DNA of 64,000 nt from Octopus bimaculoides. Lineage: Eukaryota. Positions 12,501 to 24,240 of the stretch are shown in pieces. The notes under the pieces were generated by a model. The model made no database searches, was not told the origin of the DNA, and saw nothing but the letters and a program-made list of their open reading frames with translations. The stretch covers positions 5,167,378-5,231,377 of the forward strand of contig NC_068982.1 in NCBI RefSeq assembly GCF_001194135.2. The letters run 5' to 3'. Position 1 is the stretch's first letter. Every line of letters starts with the position of its first letter. Both the position numbers and the translations under genes were made by a program.

Positions 12501-12976
12501 AGAAAATGGGTTAATTAATTCTAAATTAGAATATAATTAGTTTTGCTGGTCAAAACTGCCTTGAGTATCCGGACCCATGGGGAAAGTTTACCTGGTTTCC
12601 ATGGTGCATAAGTGAATGGGGTCACAATATGTCCCCCTGAACCAGTTGCTGGTCCATCGCAGGGTTTATTCACGTACAGTTGAATAGTTGAAAGGAGAAA
12701 TAAAAAGGTTTCTTTCATGAACGCAATGCACTGCCCACTCCTGGAATTGAAATTACAATCTTGCTATCATGAGTGTAACACACTTACCACTAGACATGTG
12801 CCTTCACTTGCTATCAGATGATTATGAGGTTAACAGCTCTCGGGAGAACTCCTAAGTAAAAGCAATGTCAACCTGGTTGGGTTTCTTACAGCTTCAATAG
12901 AGCCACATAAATCCTTCATATTTTCAATTCAAATAGAATAAATTTAAGTAGATATCCAAAAGTAATTAGCTGAGAG

Positions 12977-13298
12977 TGGAGGCGCAATGGCCCAGTGGTT
13001 AGGGCAGCGGACTCGAGGCCAGGGGATCGCGGTTTCGATTCCCAGACCAGGCATTGTGTGTGTTTATTGAACGAAGACACCTAAAAGCTCCACGAGGCTC
13101 TGGCAGGGGGTGGTAGCTACCCCTGTTGTACTCTTTCGCCCCAGCTTTCTCTCACTCATTCTTCTTGTTTCTTGAGTAAAACTGCAATGGACTGGCGTCC
13201 CATCCAGCTGGGAGGGGGGGAACACATACGCCATAGAAACCGGGAAACCGGGCCCATGAGCCTGGCTAGGCTTTAAAAGGGCGCATAAAATAAAAAAG
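12977..13298 (+). mobile_element. Full-length tRNA-derived SINE (family 4)
   Basis: A box TGGCCCAGTGG, B-box-like GGTTTCGATTCC, A-rich tail and a 13-bp TSD aattagctgagag (12964-12976 and 13299-13311). Confidence 0.92.
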
Positions 13299-13560
13299 AA
13301 TTAGCTGAGAGATGTTGTTGTTTAGCATCATAGAACAAATGTATGGCCAAAAGCATTCCAACTTTGACCATCCCATTTTATTTTCAGATATAGTTCCTTA
13401 TTGTACTTCAGACATAGTTTCTTATTGGATTGCATTATCCAATATGTCTTTCATTTATTTAAGATGGTAGGGCGTAATGCGAAGGAGATTTGGTTACCAT
13501 TTTTAGCAAGTCAACCAGATAGAGGCTTCCTCTTTGGTTCATGGTGGATTTATCTAGATA

Positions 13561-13701
13561 TTCTTTTCTACTCTAGGCATAAGGCCTGAAATATTTGGGG
13601 AGGGGACCAGTCGATTAGATCGACCCCAGTATGCAACTGGTACTTAATTTATCGACCCCGAAAGGATGAAAGCAAAGTCGACCATGGTGGAATTTGAGCT
13701 A
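13561..13701 (-). mobile_element. 5'-truncated Nin-domain-like SINE (family 2, tail variant B)
   Basis: Core GTCGACTTTGC(C)TTTCATCCTTTCGGGGTCGATAAATTAAGTACCAG on the minus strand; 14-bp TSD gatttatctagata (13547-13560, 13702-13715). Confidence 0.85.
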
Positions 13702-14890
13702 GATTTATCTAGATACTGCATGCCATATACATAAATGCCCACTTCTGTTTTAGGTATTGAACAAAATGCAGGAATCCAAATATGGAATCAGTGCTTTATG
13801 TTTCTTCTTTCATTATTATTTATATTTCATGCTTCAACACATCAGTTCATTTTTCCATTGTTTCAATAATGCATCAGTCTTTCTACAAAAAGCAATTGCT
13901 AAATCCTCACTCAAGACTTTACCATTTCTGGAGAAAAAGCCACCATGAGTACCCCCCACCCCAACCCATGATATTCACAGGATGCAACTGCTTCCGAGAG
14001 AGAGACAGAGAGAAATCAGCATTTGATATTTCCAATCCCTGGAAGGAAGTAATTCAGTCTCAGAGAACTAGATTAAACATTGCGCTGACAATTCTGCCGA
14101 TTTACCACTGATAACCTCAAGAGAAAAAGAATCATTTCAGTTCTAGAAAATAAGCTCATGTTTCTTTGCATGGTTTATGCTAAATGATTGCTGAGTTTTT
14201 CTACCAGATGTCATAGCATTCTCATGGATGACTTAACATTCTGCCAGATATCATGATATATTTAAAGATTTTGGTGTCTTTTTTTATTTAACTTTTTACC
14301 ATGAATTGTTGAATAATCGTTCAAAAAAATAAATTTTGAAATGTTTGAGAATTTCAAAATATTTTAGATGGTGTCATGTAAAAAGCATTGCTGCTGCTGC
14401 TGGTACCATATAGAAAACATTCTGTACACTCTGTGAAGTGGTTGGCATTAGGAGGGGCATCCAGCTACAGAAACCATGCCAAAACAGACAATGGAACCAG
14501 GTGTAGTTCCTGGACTTGCCAACCCCTGTCAAACTGCCCCAACTCATGCCAGCATGAAAAACAGACATTAAATGAGGATGATGATGACTTGAGAAGGAAC
14601 CTGTAGAAAATAAAATTTACTTTTTAAAATGGTTTCTGCTAAAACTTTGGCAAGATCAAAATTTTCTTTGATCTGTGAGTAAACAGTATGGAATCATTAG
14701 TTTTTCATTGGTTGAAACAGTATGATGGCCCTCAAACATTTTTGCCTATTGACCCCTTTGATTCTGACTTTTATAGCCATTCATTATATATAAAAAAAAC
14801 CCTACTATATTTTTAAAATTCAATATTAGTAGGAATTGTATAAAAATTGCTAAGATATTTTGTGTATTGTAAGAAGTATAACCAATTTAA

Positions 14891-15105
14891 CCCTTTCATT
14901 ACCAAACCGGCTGAAACTGGTTCTGAGTACAAATGTCTTGTTTTCAAAAGTTTTGAATCAAAATCTTCCACCAAACCTTAGTTACAACTTATGTTCCTAA
15001 CGCTAGCTGAATGATAACGAAGTTATTTTACTAAATTCTTTGTTATATTTTAAATTAATTGAAAGAAACACAGAGCATCACAAAATAAATACAGTAACTA
15101 AAGGG
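14891..15105. mobile_element. piggyBac-like MITE nested in a hAT-like MITE
   Basis: TTAA|CCCTTTCATTAC ... GTAACTAAAGGG|TTAA, 215 bp. The flanking sequence ends in gttgagaaccact (~15182), a hAT-Charlie-like TIR. Confidence 0.85.
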
Positions 15106-15569
15106 TTAATGCCAATAAATTTTAACAGCAAAATCTTCCATGGACCCCGCAAGGGCCATATGGACTGAGGTTGAGAACCACTAATATTGTATCATAATAT
15201 GTTATAGCACTACAACAGTTATAGTAAAGGTTATTGTTATGGGGTGTGTGTGATAATGGGGTTAGTGCTGGTACTTGGACCTAGGACAGAACACATTTGA
15301 GATTTATGATTGAAAACATTCTGTCCATGATCATCCAACTTTTATTGAAGCAGTGTGTATCTAATATGATATCATCCAATTTTATCCAAGAAGTGATACT
15401 TGCAACTGATGTTCTCTCTAATATTTTCCAATGGAAGAACGTTGCGAATTGGCCGAGTCACAATCATGCCAGGAAAAATGGTCAGCAGCATTTCATCCAT
15501 CTCCACATTCTGTGTTCAAATTCCACCAAAGTAAAATTTACCTTTCATCCTTTCAGGGCCAATAAAATA

Positions 15570-15965
15570 AATACCAGTTCAGTCCCACTTTGTGGCACCT
15601 TGAGTAAGTGTCTTCTACACTAGTGTCGGACCGACCAATGGTTTGTGAGAGGATTTGCTAGATGGAAACTGAAAGAAGCCCATCGTGTATATATATATAT
15701 ATATAGATAGATAGATAGATAGATGTGTGTGTGTGTGTGTATGTATATATATGTATGTATATGTATATATAAGTAAGTATGTATGTGTGTGTTTCTTTGT
15801 GTTTATGTCCCTTTAACTTAGCGGTTCAGCGAAAGTGACCGATATAATAAGTGCTAGGCAAAAGAAATAAGTGCTGGGGTCGATTTGTACCCCTAAAAAC
15901 CCTTCAAGGTGGTGCTCCAGCTTGGCCACAATTAAACAACTGAAATGAGTAAAAGAATAAATAAA
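15570..15965 (+). mobile_element. SINE family 1 (tRNA/CORE-like head + internal microsatellite + CR1-like tail)
   Basis: gttcagtcccact..ggcaccttg(g)gcaagtgtcttct..gaaactgaaagaagcc, then (TA)n/(TG)n, then ggtggtgctccagc(a)tggcc..ctgaaa. Similar copies at ~17285-17700, 18860-19250, 23680-23990, 27010-27450, 31400-31790, 38130-38550, 40180-40500(-), 49320-49690(-), 50130-50410 and 55278-55700. Confidence 0.88.
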
Positions 15966-16705
15966 AATATAACAGAATACTTTTAAATGTTGAATGGCTA
16001 TGAGGGACAAGTAGAATAATATAGGAATCAAAGGGATCCATAGGTTTTAAAAAATGGTTGAGAACCACCGATGTAAATATTGAATGCTTTCAAAATAAAA
16101 GTCCCTTGTAGCATTTGTTCTGCACTGAGTTACACAAAGCTTCCTTTGTTATTCTTGCTTTTGAAAACAATGATCCAGTGAATGGATGCTGAAAAACTGT
16201 CATCAATGCTGATATTTGTTCAAGCGGTGGCAGATTAAAATATATACATGTACTGGAGACATCAGATTAGTTTATAAGATTTAGTAAGAGAAATCTTCTG
16301 TTGAAGAATTCAAAGTTTTTGTTGAGGGAATATTTCGTTCAAATAGGTGCAGCTGATTAGTTGGTGAGAAGCAACGAGTGGAGAAGAAATTCCAGAGAAA
16401 TGAAACTCTAGAAAAGAAGGATTGAGGGGAAAAAAATTTACTCTATAGATTCTGGAAGCATAATCTGCTCTGGCTGTTGAGAGAATTAGATATGGGTGTA
16501 GTTGCTGTTTTGTAGTAAAGATTGCATTGAGTAATGGAGAAGTTCAGACAAGTTCATTACATGGAAATTTTAAAATCCTACCACCTTTGAGTTATGCCAA
16601 CAGATTTTTTTTTCTACTAAATGGTAAGTCGTAATCTTGGTGCATTTGAATTTCAACAGTTAAATATTCAGAGTGTGCTAAGAATAATCTTTGAAATTTT
16701 TAACC

Positions 16706-17130
16706 ATTTTTTTTTTGTAGTTTCAGCTCAGAGCTATGGCCATGCTGGAGCACCACCGTTTTGCTACACTGTTATTACTGAGATACTCCTCTAGTATGTG
16801 GCACTTGGTGAAGAATGGAGTTTGATGTAGCTAACCCCATTTGCACCTCATGCCGTGAGACAGGTTCGTCTGGGGCTCTCGACAGGAAGAGGTCCAGCCT
16901 TAATTTAAAAACGCCTACATTTACTTTGTGCAGGTTCCTCAGGCTCTTTGGGAGAATATTAAGAAGCTGAGGGCCCCTGAAACCCAAACTGTTGCAGTAA
17001 CTGGTCCTGAAGCGCGATGGCATTGCTGGGATCTTTGGCACTGTGCAGTGTCCACCCATTCTGGCATTGGTGTTGTTTTCAATGCCAAAATTTGGCACAA
17101 ATCCTTCCAGGATCTGCCAGATGTATATTA
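16706..17130 (-). mobile_element. 3' fragment of CR1-like LINE (ORF2 C-terminus, short 3' UTR, A tail)
   Basis: ORF 17098->16775 ...NSLGFRGPQLLNILPKSLRNLH..FKLRLDLFLSRAPDEP..SNSILHQ is typical of the post-RT C-terminus of CR1-group ORF2. Near-identical to 57.7-58.6 kb. Confidence 0.85.
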
Positions 17131-17448
17131 CTGCATACAGTCAGGCAGCACTGGCTTCGACCATGCTCAAATGGTGCTTTTTATGTGCCACCAGCACAAG
17201 AGCCAGTCAAGTCGCACTGGCATCGACCACGCTCGAATGGTGGGGAGCCAGCACTGACATCAATGATGCTCGAATGGTACTTTTAGGCATGGATGTGGCT
17301 ACATGGTAAGAAGCTTGCTTTCTAACTACATGGTTCCAGGTTCAGTCCCACTACATGTCATTTTGAGCAAGTGTCTTCTACTATAGCCTCGGGCTGACCA
17401 AATCCTTGTGAGTGGATTTGGTAGACAGAAACTGAAAGAAACCCATCG

Positions 17449-17479
<31 letters not shown>

Positions 17480-18741
17480 CTGTGTGTGTCTGTGTCTGTG
17501 TTTGTCCTCCTGCCATCATTTGGCAACTGATGCTGGTGTGTTTATGTCCCTGTAACTTAGTGGTTCAGCAAAAGAGATTGATAGGATAAGTTCTAGACTT
17601 ACAAAGAATAAGTCCTGGGGTTGATTTCTTCAACTAACACCCTTTAAGGCGGTGCTCCTGCATGGCTACAGTCAAATGACTGAAACAAGTAAAAAAAATT
17701 TTAAAGAAGTAAATATCATGATGAATTGTATGGCCCCACCCAAGGGCCATACGGACATCCTGTTGAGAACCACCGAATTAGACAAAATAGTTGAATGCTA
17801 AAGGGTTTAAATGATGGCAATAACACCAACACTAACCCCTAAACACATTTTCTGAAACACTCCGCTTATTTGCCATAATATAGCATTCAGCAGAGTGCAT
17901 TTCGGTCCACAAAGTAACCAATAGAAACATGTAGCTTTGTCATGTGTGCATTATCTGCTGATAGCAACACCAGTCTGTTTTATTGTTGATTCACACAGTG
18001 ATGTAGCTGATTACAATGTAAATGGAAATGTTTTTTATTTATCTTTATTTTTAATAGTTTATTAACAATTCAATAAAATTTAAAGCACAAATTTCATTTG
18101 ACATATTCATTAGTTTTATTCTTGTTTTGTATATTCTGGTCTTTGTTATTATTTTCAAAATTGTTTCTGATACACTGTGCATTTGTTGATAATATTTTAT
18201 CTATATTCATGAGCAAGAATAATTATTTTTGCCATATCGAAATTAGACTTCTGCCTCATGGATCCAAATACAATTTCTATTAATAATAATGGATTCTATT
18301 AAGTAAACGTTACAAATGATTGCTGATACTAAAACAGACCTGTAAAAAGTGATAATCATAGACAAAAATCTATGAGGTCTGCTCTGAACGCTATTTCAAA
18401 GCTGTCATATTAAATTAAATTCCAAAAGACACTCATAAACATACTAACTTTTTTGGTGAATGTTAAAGTGGAAATTGTTTCATTTGGCAAAATAGATTTT
18501 TTCGCCTTCCGACAAATCTCACTTTCAAAACATAAATTATGGAGGTTTTTTTTTTCGTTGTCAAGTTTTTCAAAACAAGTTACTAGCAATCGAATAATAA
18601 TATTTCTGTAATTTAATAAACTTATTTAAAATCCATATAATCCACATTTTTATCATCAACATCATAATTTGATGTGCATTATCCATGCTCGCATGGGTTG
18701 CACAACACACACACATGCTTGCATGTACACACACACACACA

Positions 18742-18837
<96 letters not shown>

Positions 18838-19373
18838 TGTATTCATATATGTATGTATTTATATTTATATGTGGCAAGTAACTTGCTTACCAACCACATG
18901 GCTCCGGGTTTACTCCTACTGCATGGCATCTTGGGCAAGTGTCTTCTACTATAGCCTCGGGCCGCCCAAAGCCTTGTGAGTGGATTTGGTTGACGGAAAT
19001 TGAAAGAAGCCCGTCGCATATATATATGTGTGTGTGTGTGTTTGTGTGTCTCTATTTGTCCCCCAACATCGCTTAACAACCAATGCTGGTGTGTTTACGT
19101 CCTTGTAACTTAGCGGTTCGACAAAAAAGACTGATAGAATAAGTACTGTGCTTACAAAGAATAAGTCCTGGGGTCGATTTGCTCGACTAAAAAGGTGGTG
19201 CCCCAGCATGGCTGCAGTCAAATGACTGAAACAAGTAAAAGAATAAAAGAATATACTTATGTATATTTGAGTGTACACATACACACACACAAAAACATAC
19301 ACACACACACACACATTCATATCTATCTATCTATCTANNNNNNNNNNNNNNNNNNNNNNNNNNNNNNNNNNNN

Positions 19374-19406
<33 letters not shown>

Positions 19407-19789
19407 CATTCATACATACGTACGTACATACACATACAAACATACTTTGCCTTCGTATGTAGTTTTAGCTTTCGCTGTGTTAAAATGAGAAAAACTCTTC
19501 CTGAATAGATTGATTGTGATTAACTTTCTATTGGTGAAATAGAATTAACAAACCAACAAAATCTCGTCAATTTATCTTTTATTTTTTACTTGTTTCAGTT
19601 ATTATACTGCGACCATGCTGGGGCACCACCCTCAAGAACTTTTAGCCAAATGAATCAATCCCAGTACTTATTATTTTTCAAGTTTCATACTTATTCTATC
19701 AGTCTCTTTTGCTGGCCTGCTAAGCAAGTGGAGGGGAGAGACAAACACTCAGACATATATACATATGTATATATATATGTGAGAAGACC

Positions 19790-20184
19790 CGGCAAGCCAA
19801 GTGAGATCGTTGCCAGGGCCCCTGGACTGGCTCTTGTGCGGGTGGCACATAAGATGTACCATCTTGAGCGTGACCGTTGCCAGTACCGCCTGACTGGCCT
19901 TGTAGGGTTTTCGAGTGAGATCGTTGCCAGTGCCCCTGGACTGGCTTGTGCGGGTGGCACATAAAAGTCACCATTTCGAGCGTGGCCGTTTTCGTGCGGG
20001 TGACACGTAAAAGCACCCACTACACTCTCTGAGTGGTTGGCGTTAGGAAGGGCATCCAGCTGTAGAAACTCTGCCAAATTAGATTGGAGCCTGGTGTTGC
20101 CATCCGGTTTCACCAGTCGTCAGTCAAATCGTCCAACCCATGCTAGCATGGAAAGCGGACGTTAAACGATGATGATGATGATGA

Positions 20185-20190
<6 letters not shown>
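19790..20190 (+). mobile_element. SINE family 3, young copy with ~3 internal ~65-bp repeats
   Basis: Repeats of gagatcgttgccag..ggactggct..gcgggtggcacataa; tail ggaagggcatccagctgtagaaac...gcatggaaagcggacgttaaac(gat)n; CpGs largely retained. Confidence 0.88.
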
Positions 20191-20219
<29 letters not shown>

Positions 20220-21088
20220 ACAAGCTTCTTTCAGTTTCCATCTACCAAATCCATTCACAAGGCTTTGGTTGGCCCGAGGCTATAGAAAAAGAAAATTGCA
20301 CAAGGTGCCATGCAGTGAGATTGAACTATGAACCATGTGGTTGGGAGCAAGCTTCTTATCACATAGCCACATACTTCCATTGCTTACCGAAGGGCATCAT
20401 ACCACTCCTTCATCATCATCATTATCATCATCTTCGTTTAACGTCTACCTTCCATGCTGGCATGAGTGGGACGGTTTGACAAAAGCCAGCCAGGCAGAAA
20501 CCTGCGACTGTTTTGGCAGGATTTTTACGGCTGGATGCCCTTCCTAACACCAACCACTCAGCAGAGTGGACTCAGTGCTCTTTGCATGGCACAAGGTGCA
20601 GGCAAGGTCAGTCATTATATTTATTTGATCCTATAATATTTATTTAATCCTATAATACATCTTGTTACCAATTCTTGATGCTTCAAATACGACAGACTTT
20701 ACAATGAAAATAACAAAATTGAAAGCTTGGATAAGATTTAAGGATATTTTACATGTAAACAAATTTATTTTATGTAAGCAATTATATTTGGCATTTGTTG
20801 CAACTTTTTCAGCCATACATTTAGGTTTGCCAATATTTTTTTTTCCTTTTCAGCATATTGATAATTTTAGGCATCACAGGGTCGGGGTTAAATGAAATTA
20901 TTTGTTGAGAGTTAATCATTAACATTAACAAGATTCAGGCCATTGACCACTTTGCTGGTTGCCAAGTGTTCTATTGACTTAATCATCTACATTCTCCTTA
21001 AACATTAAAACTTATATACAAAACAATTCATTGTATTATTTTGGTTTTATCACCAAATTTTTGGAAAGTGATACCTTGAAGGTTTATT

Positions 21089-21527
21089 CTTTTCTATTCT
21101 AGGTACAAGGCCTGAAATTTTTGTGGGAGGAGGCCAGTTGATTAGATTGACCCCAGTACGCAAATGGTACTTAATTTATCACCCCCGAAAGGCTGAAAGG
21201 CAAAGTCGTCCTCAGTGGAATTTGAACTCAGAACGTAAAGACAGATGAAATGCCTCTAAGCATTTTGCCCGGCATGCTAACGATTCTGCCAGCTCACTGC
21301 CTTTAATATTCTTTTCTACTCTAGGCACAAAACCTGAAATTTTTGGGGAGGGGCCCAGTCAATTAGATTGACTGCAGTACACAACTGGTACTTAATTTAT
21401 CACCCCCGAAAGGATGAAAGCAAAGTTGACCTCAGCGGAATTTGAACTCAGAATGTAAAGGCAGATGAAATACCACTAAGCATTTTGCCTGGCTTGCTAA
21501 CGTTTCTGCCAGCTCACCACCTTAACC
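21089..21527 (-). mobile_element. Head-to-tail dimer of family-2 (Nin-like) SINE
   Basis: Two ~217-bp units (21089-21305, 21309-21525) flanked by one 12-bp TSD tgaaggtttatt (21077-21088, 21528-21539). Confidence 0.85.
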
Positions 21528-21949
21528 TGAAGGTTTATTATACACTAAGCAAATGTGTTGGGAAATCCTGTAAAACTAATAGGCATTATGGCATCATTTG
21601 AAAATTTACAGGCACAATTTCTTGCTGATGTAAGAAAATGATCTTCTGATAACTCTTCTAATTTCAGGAAGATGCTCTTGAATAATTTTCAATTGCCATA
21701 TTCTAAACTCACTTAAGTCTTGAACTCTGAACTAACATGGCTTCCTTTAATTGAAACCATGAGCTGCTCCTCAGGAAAGTACAACTTCACATTTTGTCAC
21801 TTGAATAGTTGTTAGTTGAGTTGATGAACGGAACGTGAAGAAATAACTGAACACCACCCGCGAATATTAAACAGAAGATTTTATAATTGTCTTTTACAGA
21901 TAACAACAGCAATAATGGAGAGAGATATCACTTGGAGTTTATAGCAAAC

Positions 21950-22300
21950 TATTGATACTGCAGCGTGTGGCTTGTCCAGCATAACTGGAAACAATTGTGC
22001 TGTATATGTGATGATAGTGGTTCTTGGTCATTTGTCTGAGCTATCTGTGTGGACCACCTGATGTGGCAACAATGGAGACACATGTCACACAACTGCCTCA
22101 ACATTCTGCAATTAATCACTGCCAAAAGTGACCTTTTATAGGACATAAGGAGGAGGAGATTCTAGAAGATTGAATCACATGATGACTTGATGCTGATTGG
22201 GTGCTTAATAGACCAATCACTTGAAAGAATTGTAGTTTTGTCATGATGTCCGACTGAGTACCCAGACACTTGGTTCTGGATCTCTGCTACAGCATCTAGT
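21950..22300 (-). repeat. Unclassified dispersed repeat (LTR-like: CCAAT-like boxes, TATA-like ctataaaa)
   Basis: Reverse-complement similarity to 54850-55150 (gattggtctattaagtaaccaatcag, cagaatgttgaggc, tatagtgcaattattttcc); partial match also at ~33150-33230. Confidence 0.5.
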
Positions 22301-23810
22301 TAGAAATTTAAATAATGCAGCCAAAGAACAAAACACGATACCAGATATATAATATAAACCATGAACCTTTCAATCAATTAACCTATGACATATTGGAAAC
22401 ATAATCTGTTGCAGCTTTTGCATAAAGGTTTTACTGTCAAGCATTATACTTTTGTCAGCTGTTGCTTCTAAGAGGTATTTACTTTCTTATTTTGTTGTGT
22501 TAACTTCAATTGTACAAACGGCTAATACATTTCAGATTGTTTTGAAGACAACATTGAGCCAGCCACTAGAACAACAGCACAAGGCTCCAGTTTTACTCGC
22601 AGACTCTACAAAGTCATATGTTGATGTCAATATGACTAAAATATTCATTGGATATACCTAATTCTGAGCTACTAAGAACACAGGAATAATAGAATTATAT
22701 CAAGTGCTAGAGCTCTGTTGTGATTTTGTATTAAGTCCTCTGTTTTTTTTTTTTTTTGGTTTGTTTGTTTGCTTTCATGTATAAACCCAAGAAGTGTGGT
22801 TCATAAAAGAATGTGAAATCTATGAACCATTGTAAAACAAAATCAATTTAATCAATATCAGATTACAGTGTATATTTGCAAAAAAAACCCCCAAAGAATC
22901 CACAGAGGAGGTCAATTTCTTTGTATTCTCTACAGTTCCAACTCAGACAAAAGCCTTTAAATAGCCTAAAATAAGACCAAGTAGCTGTCTCGAGAATGAC
23001 CTATGACAGAAATTTATAGGATGAGACCATTGAAAGAGATGCTTCCGGCTTTAATCTTTTTGCTGATTTTCTTTATTTGTTTCTTTCCCCCTCACCTTTT
23101 TTTTTCTGTTTTTATCAATCTTCTTCAAGCTTAGACAAGCTGAATGCTTCTGGACATACAGAAATTTGTATATAATGTTGTGACTAATATCCTATGACTT
23201 TGTATTCTTCCTAACCCCTTGGAGACTATATTTCCAATAAGAATTAAACGGCTTCAGTTTTAATTCATTATTAAAACAATCAAGTGTTTGGAAGAAATTT
23301 AGTTATAATAACTAATTTTCATTCATTGGTTTTATTTCATTCATTGGTTGCTGTTGATGATGATGATGGCATTGTTTGTTATTGGTGTTTATCCCCAGGT
23401 CAGCCCTGATCAAACAGACTTATGGTCAAAGGTTTCCACCCATGCCATCTTTTAGGATTTCAAATACTGTCTTGCCCCATAAGTCATTCATTTTCCTACA
23501 TAATCTTGTATGTCATTTCTTTTTGAAGCCAGTAGGATGTGGTATGAAGGACATTTGGCTATTATTTCAAGCAAGTAAAATGACCACTAGTTCCTCGTTC
23601 ATTAAGCTGGTGTGTGGAAAATAACTTGACAAAAGGTTCTTACACAAATTTATAATGGATCAGTTATGAAACAGAAATTATGTGACCCAACCACATGGTT
23701 CTGGGTTCAGTCCCACTGTGTGGAACCTTGGGCAAGTATCTTCTACTATAGCCTCAAGCCAACCAAAGCGTTGGGAGTGAATTTGGTAACTGGAAACTGA
23801 AACAAGCTTG

Positions 23811-23860
<50 letters not shown>

Positions 23861-24021
23861 GTGTCTTTGTGTCTGTGTTTATTCCCTACCATTGCTTGAC
23901 AACTGGTGTTGTTGTGTTTACATCCCTATAACTTAGCTGTTTGATAAAAAAGACTGATAAAATACATAACAGACTTGAAAAAGAAAAACCTAGCTCACCA
24001 TCCAATTTCTGTACTTATAAT

Positions 24022-24240
24022 CTTTTCTACTCTAGGCACAAGGCCCAAAATTTTGGGGGAAGAGGGCTAGTCAATTAGATCGACCCCAGTACACAATTGG
24101 TACTTAATTTATCATACTCAAAAGAATGAAAGGCAAAGTCGACCTTGATGGAATTTGAACTCAGAACGTAAAGACTGACGAAATACCACTAAGTATTTTG
24201 CCCGGCTTGCTAGCATTTCTGCCAGCTTGCTACCTTAATC
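24022..24240 (-). mobile_element. Full-length family-2 (Nin-like) tRNA-derived SINE
   Basis: B-box-like GAGTTCAAATTCC plus the Nin-like core; 13-bp TSD ctgtacttataat (24009-24021, 24241-24253). Confidence 0.88.

Noticed and set aside
12977-13055. tRNA-like sequences (also 51140-51206)
   Set aside because: SINE heads: they continue into repeat bodies with tails or TSDs and lack a proper acceptor stem, so they are not tRNA genes.
19790-20010. Repeat-spacer-like pattern (also 59323-59790) superficially like CRISPR
   Set aside because: Eukaryotic SINE-internal tandem units with no unique spacers and no cas genes.
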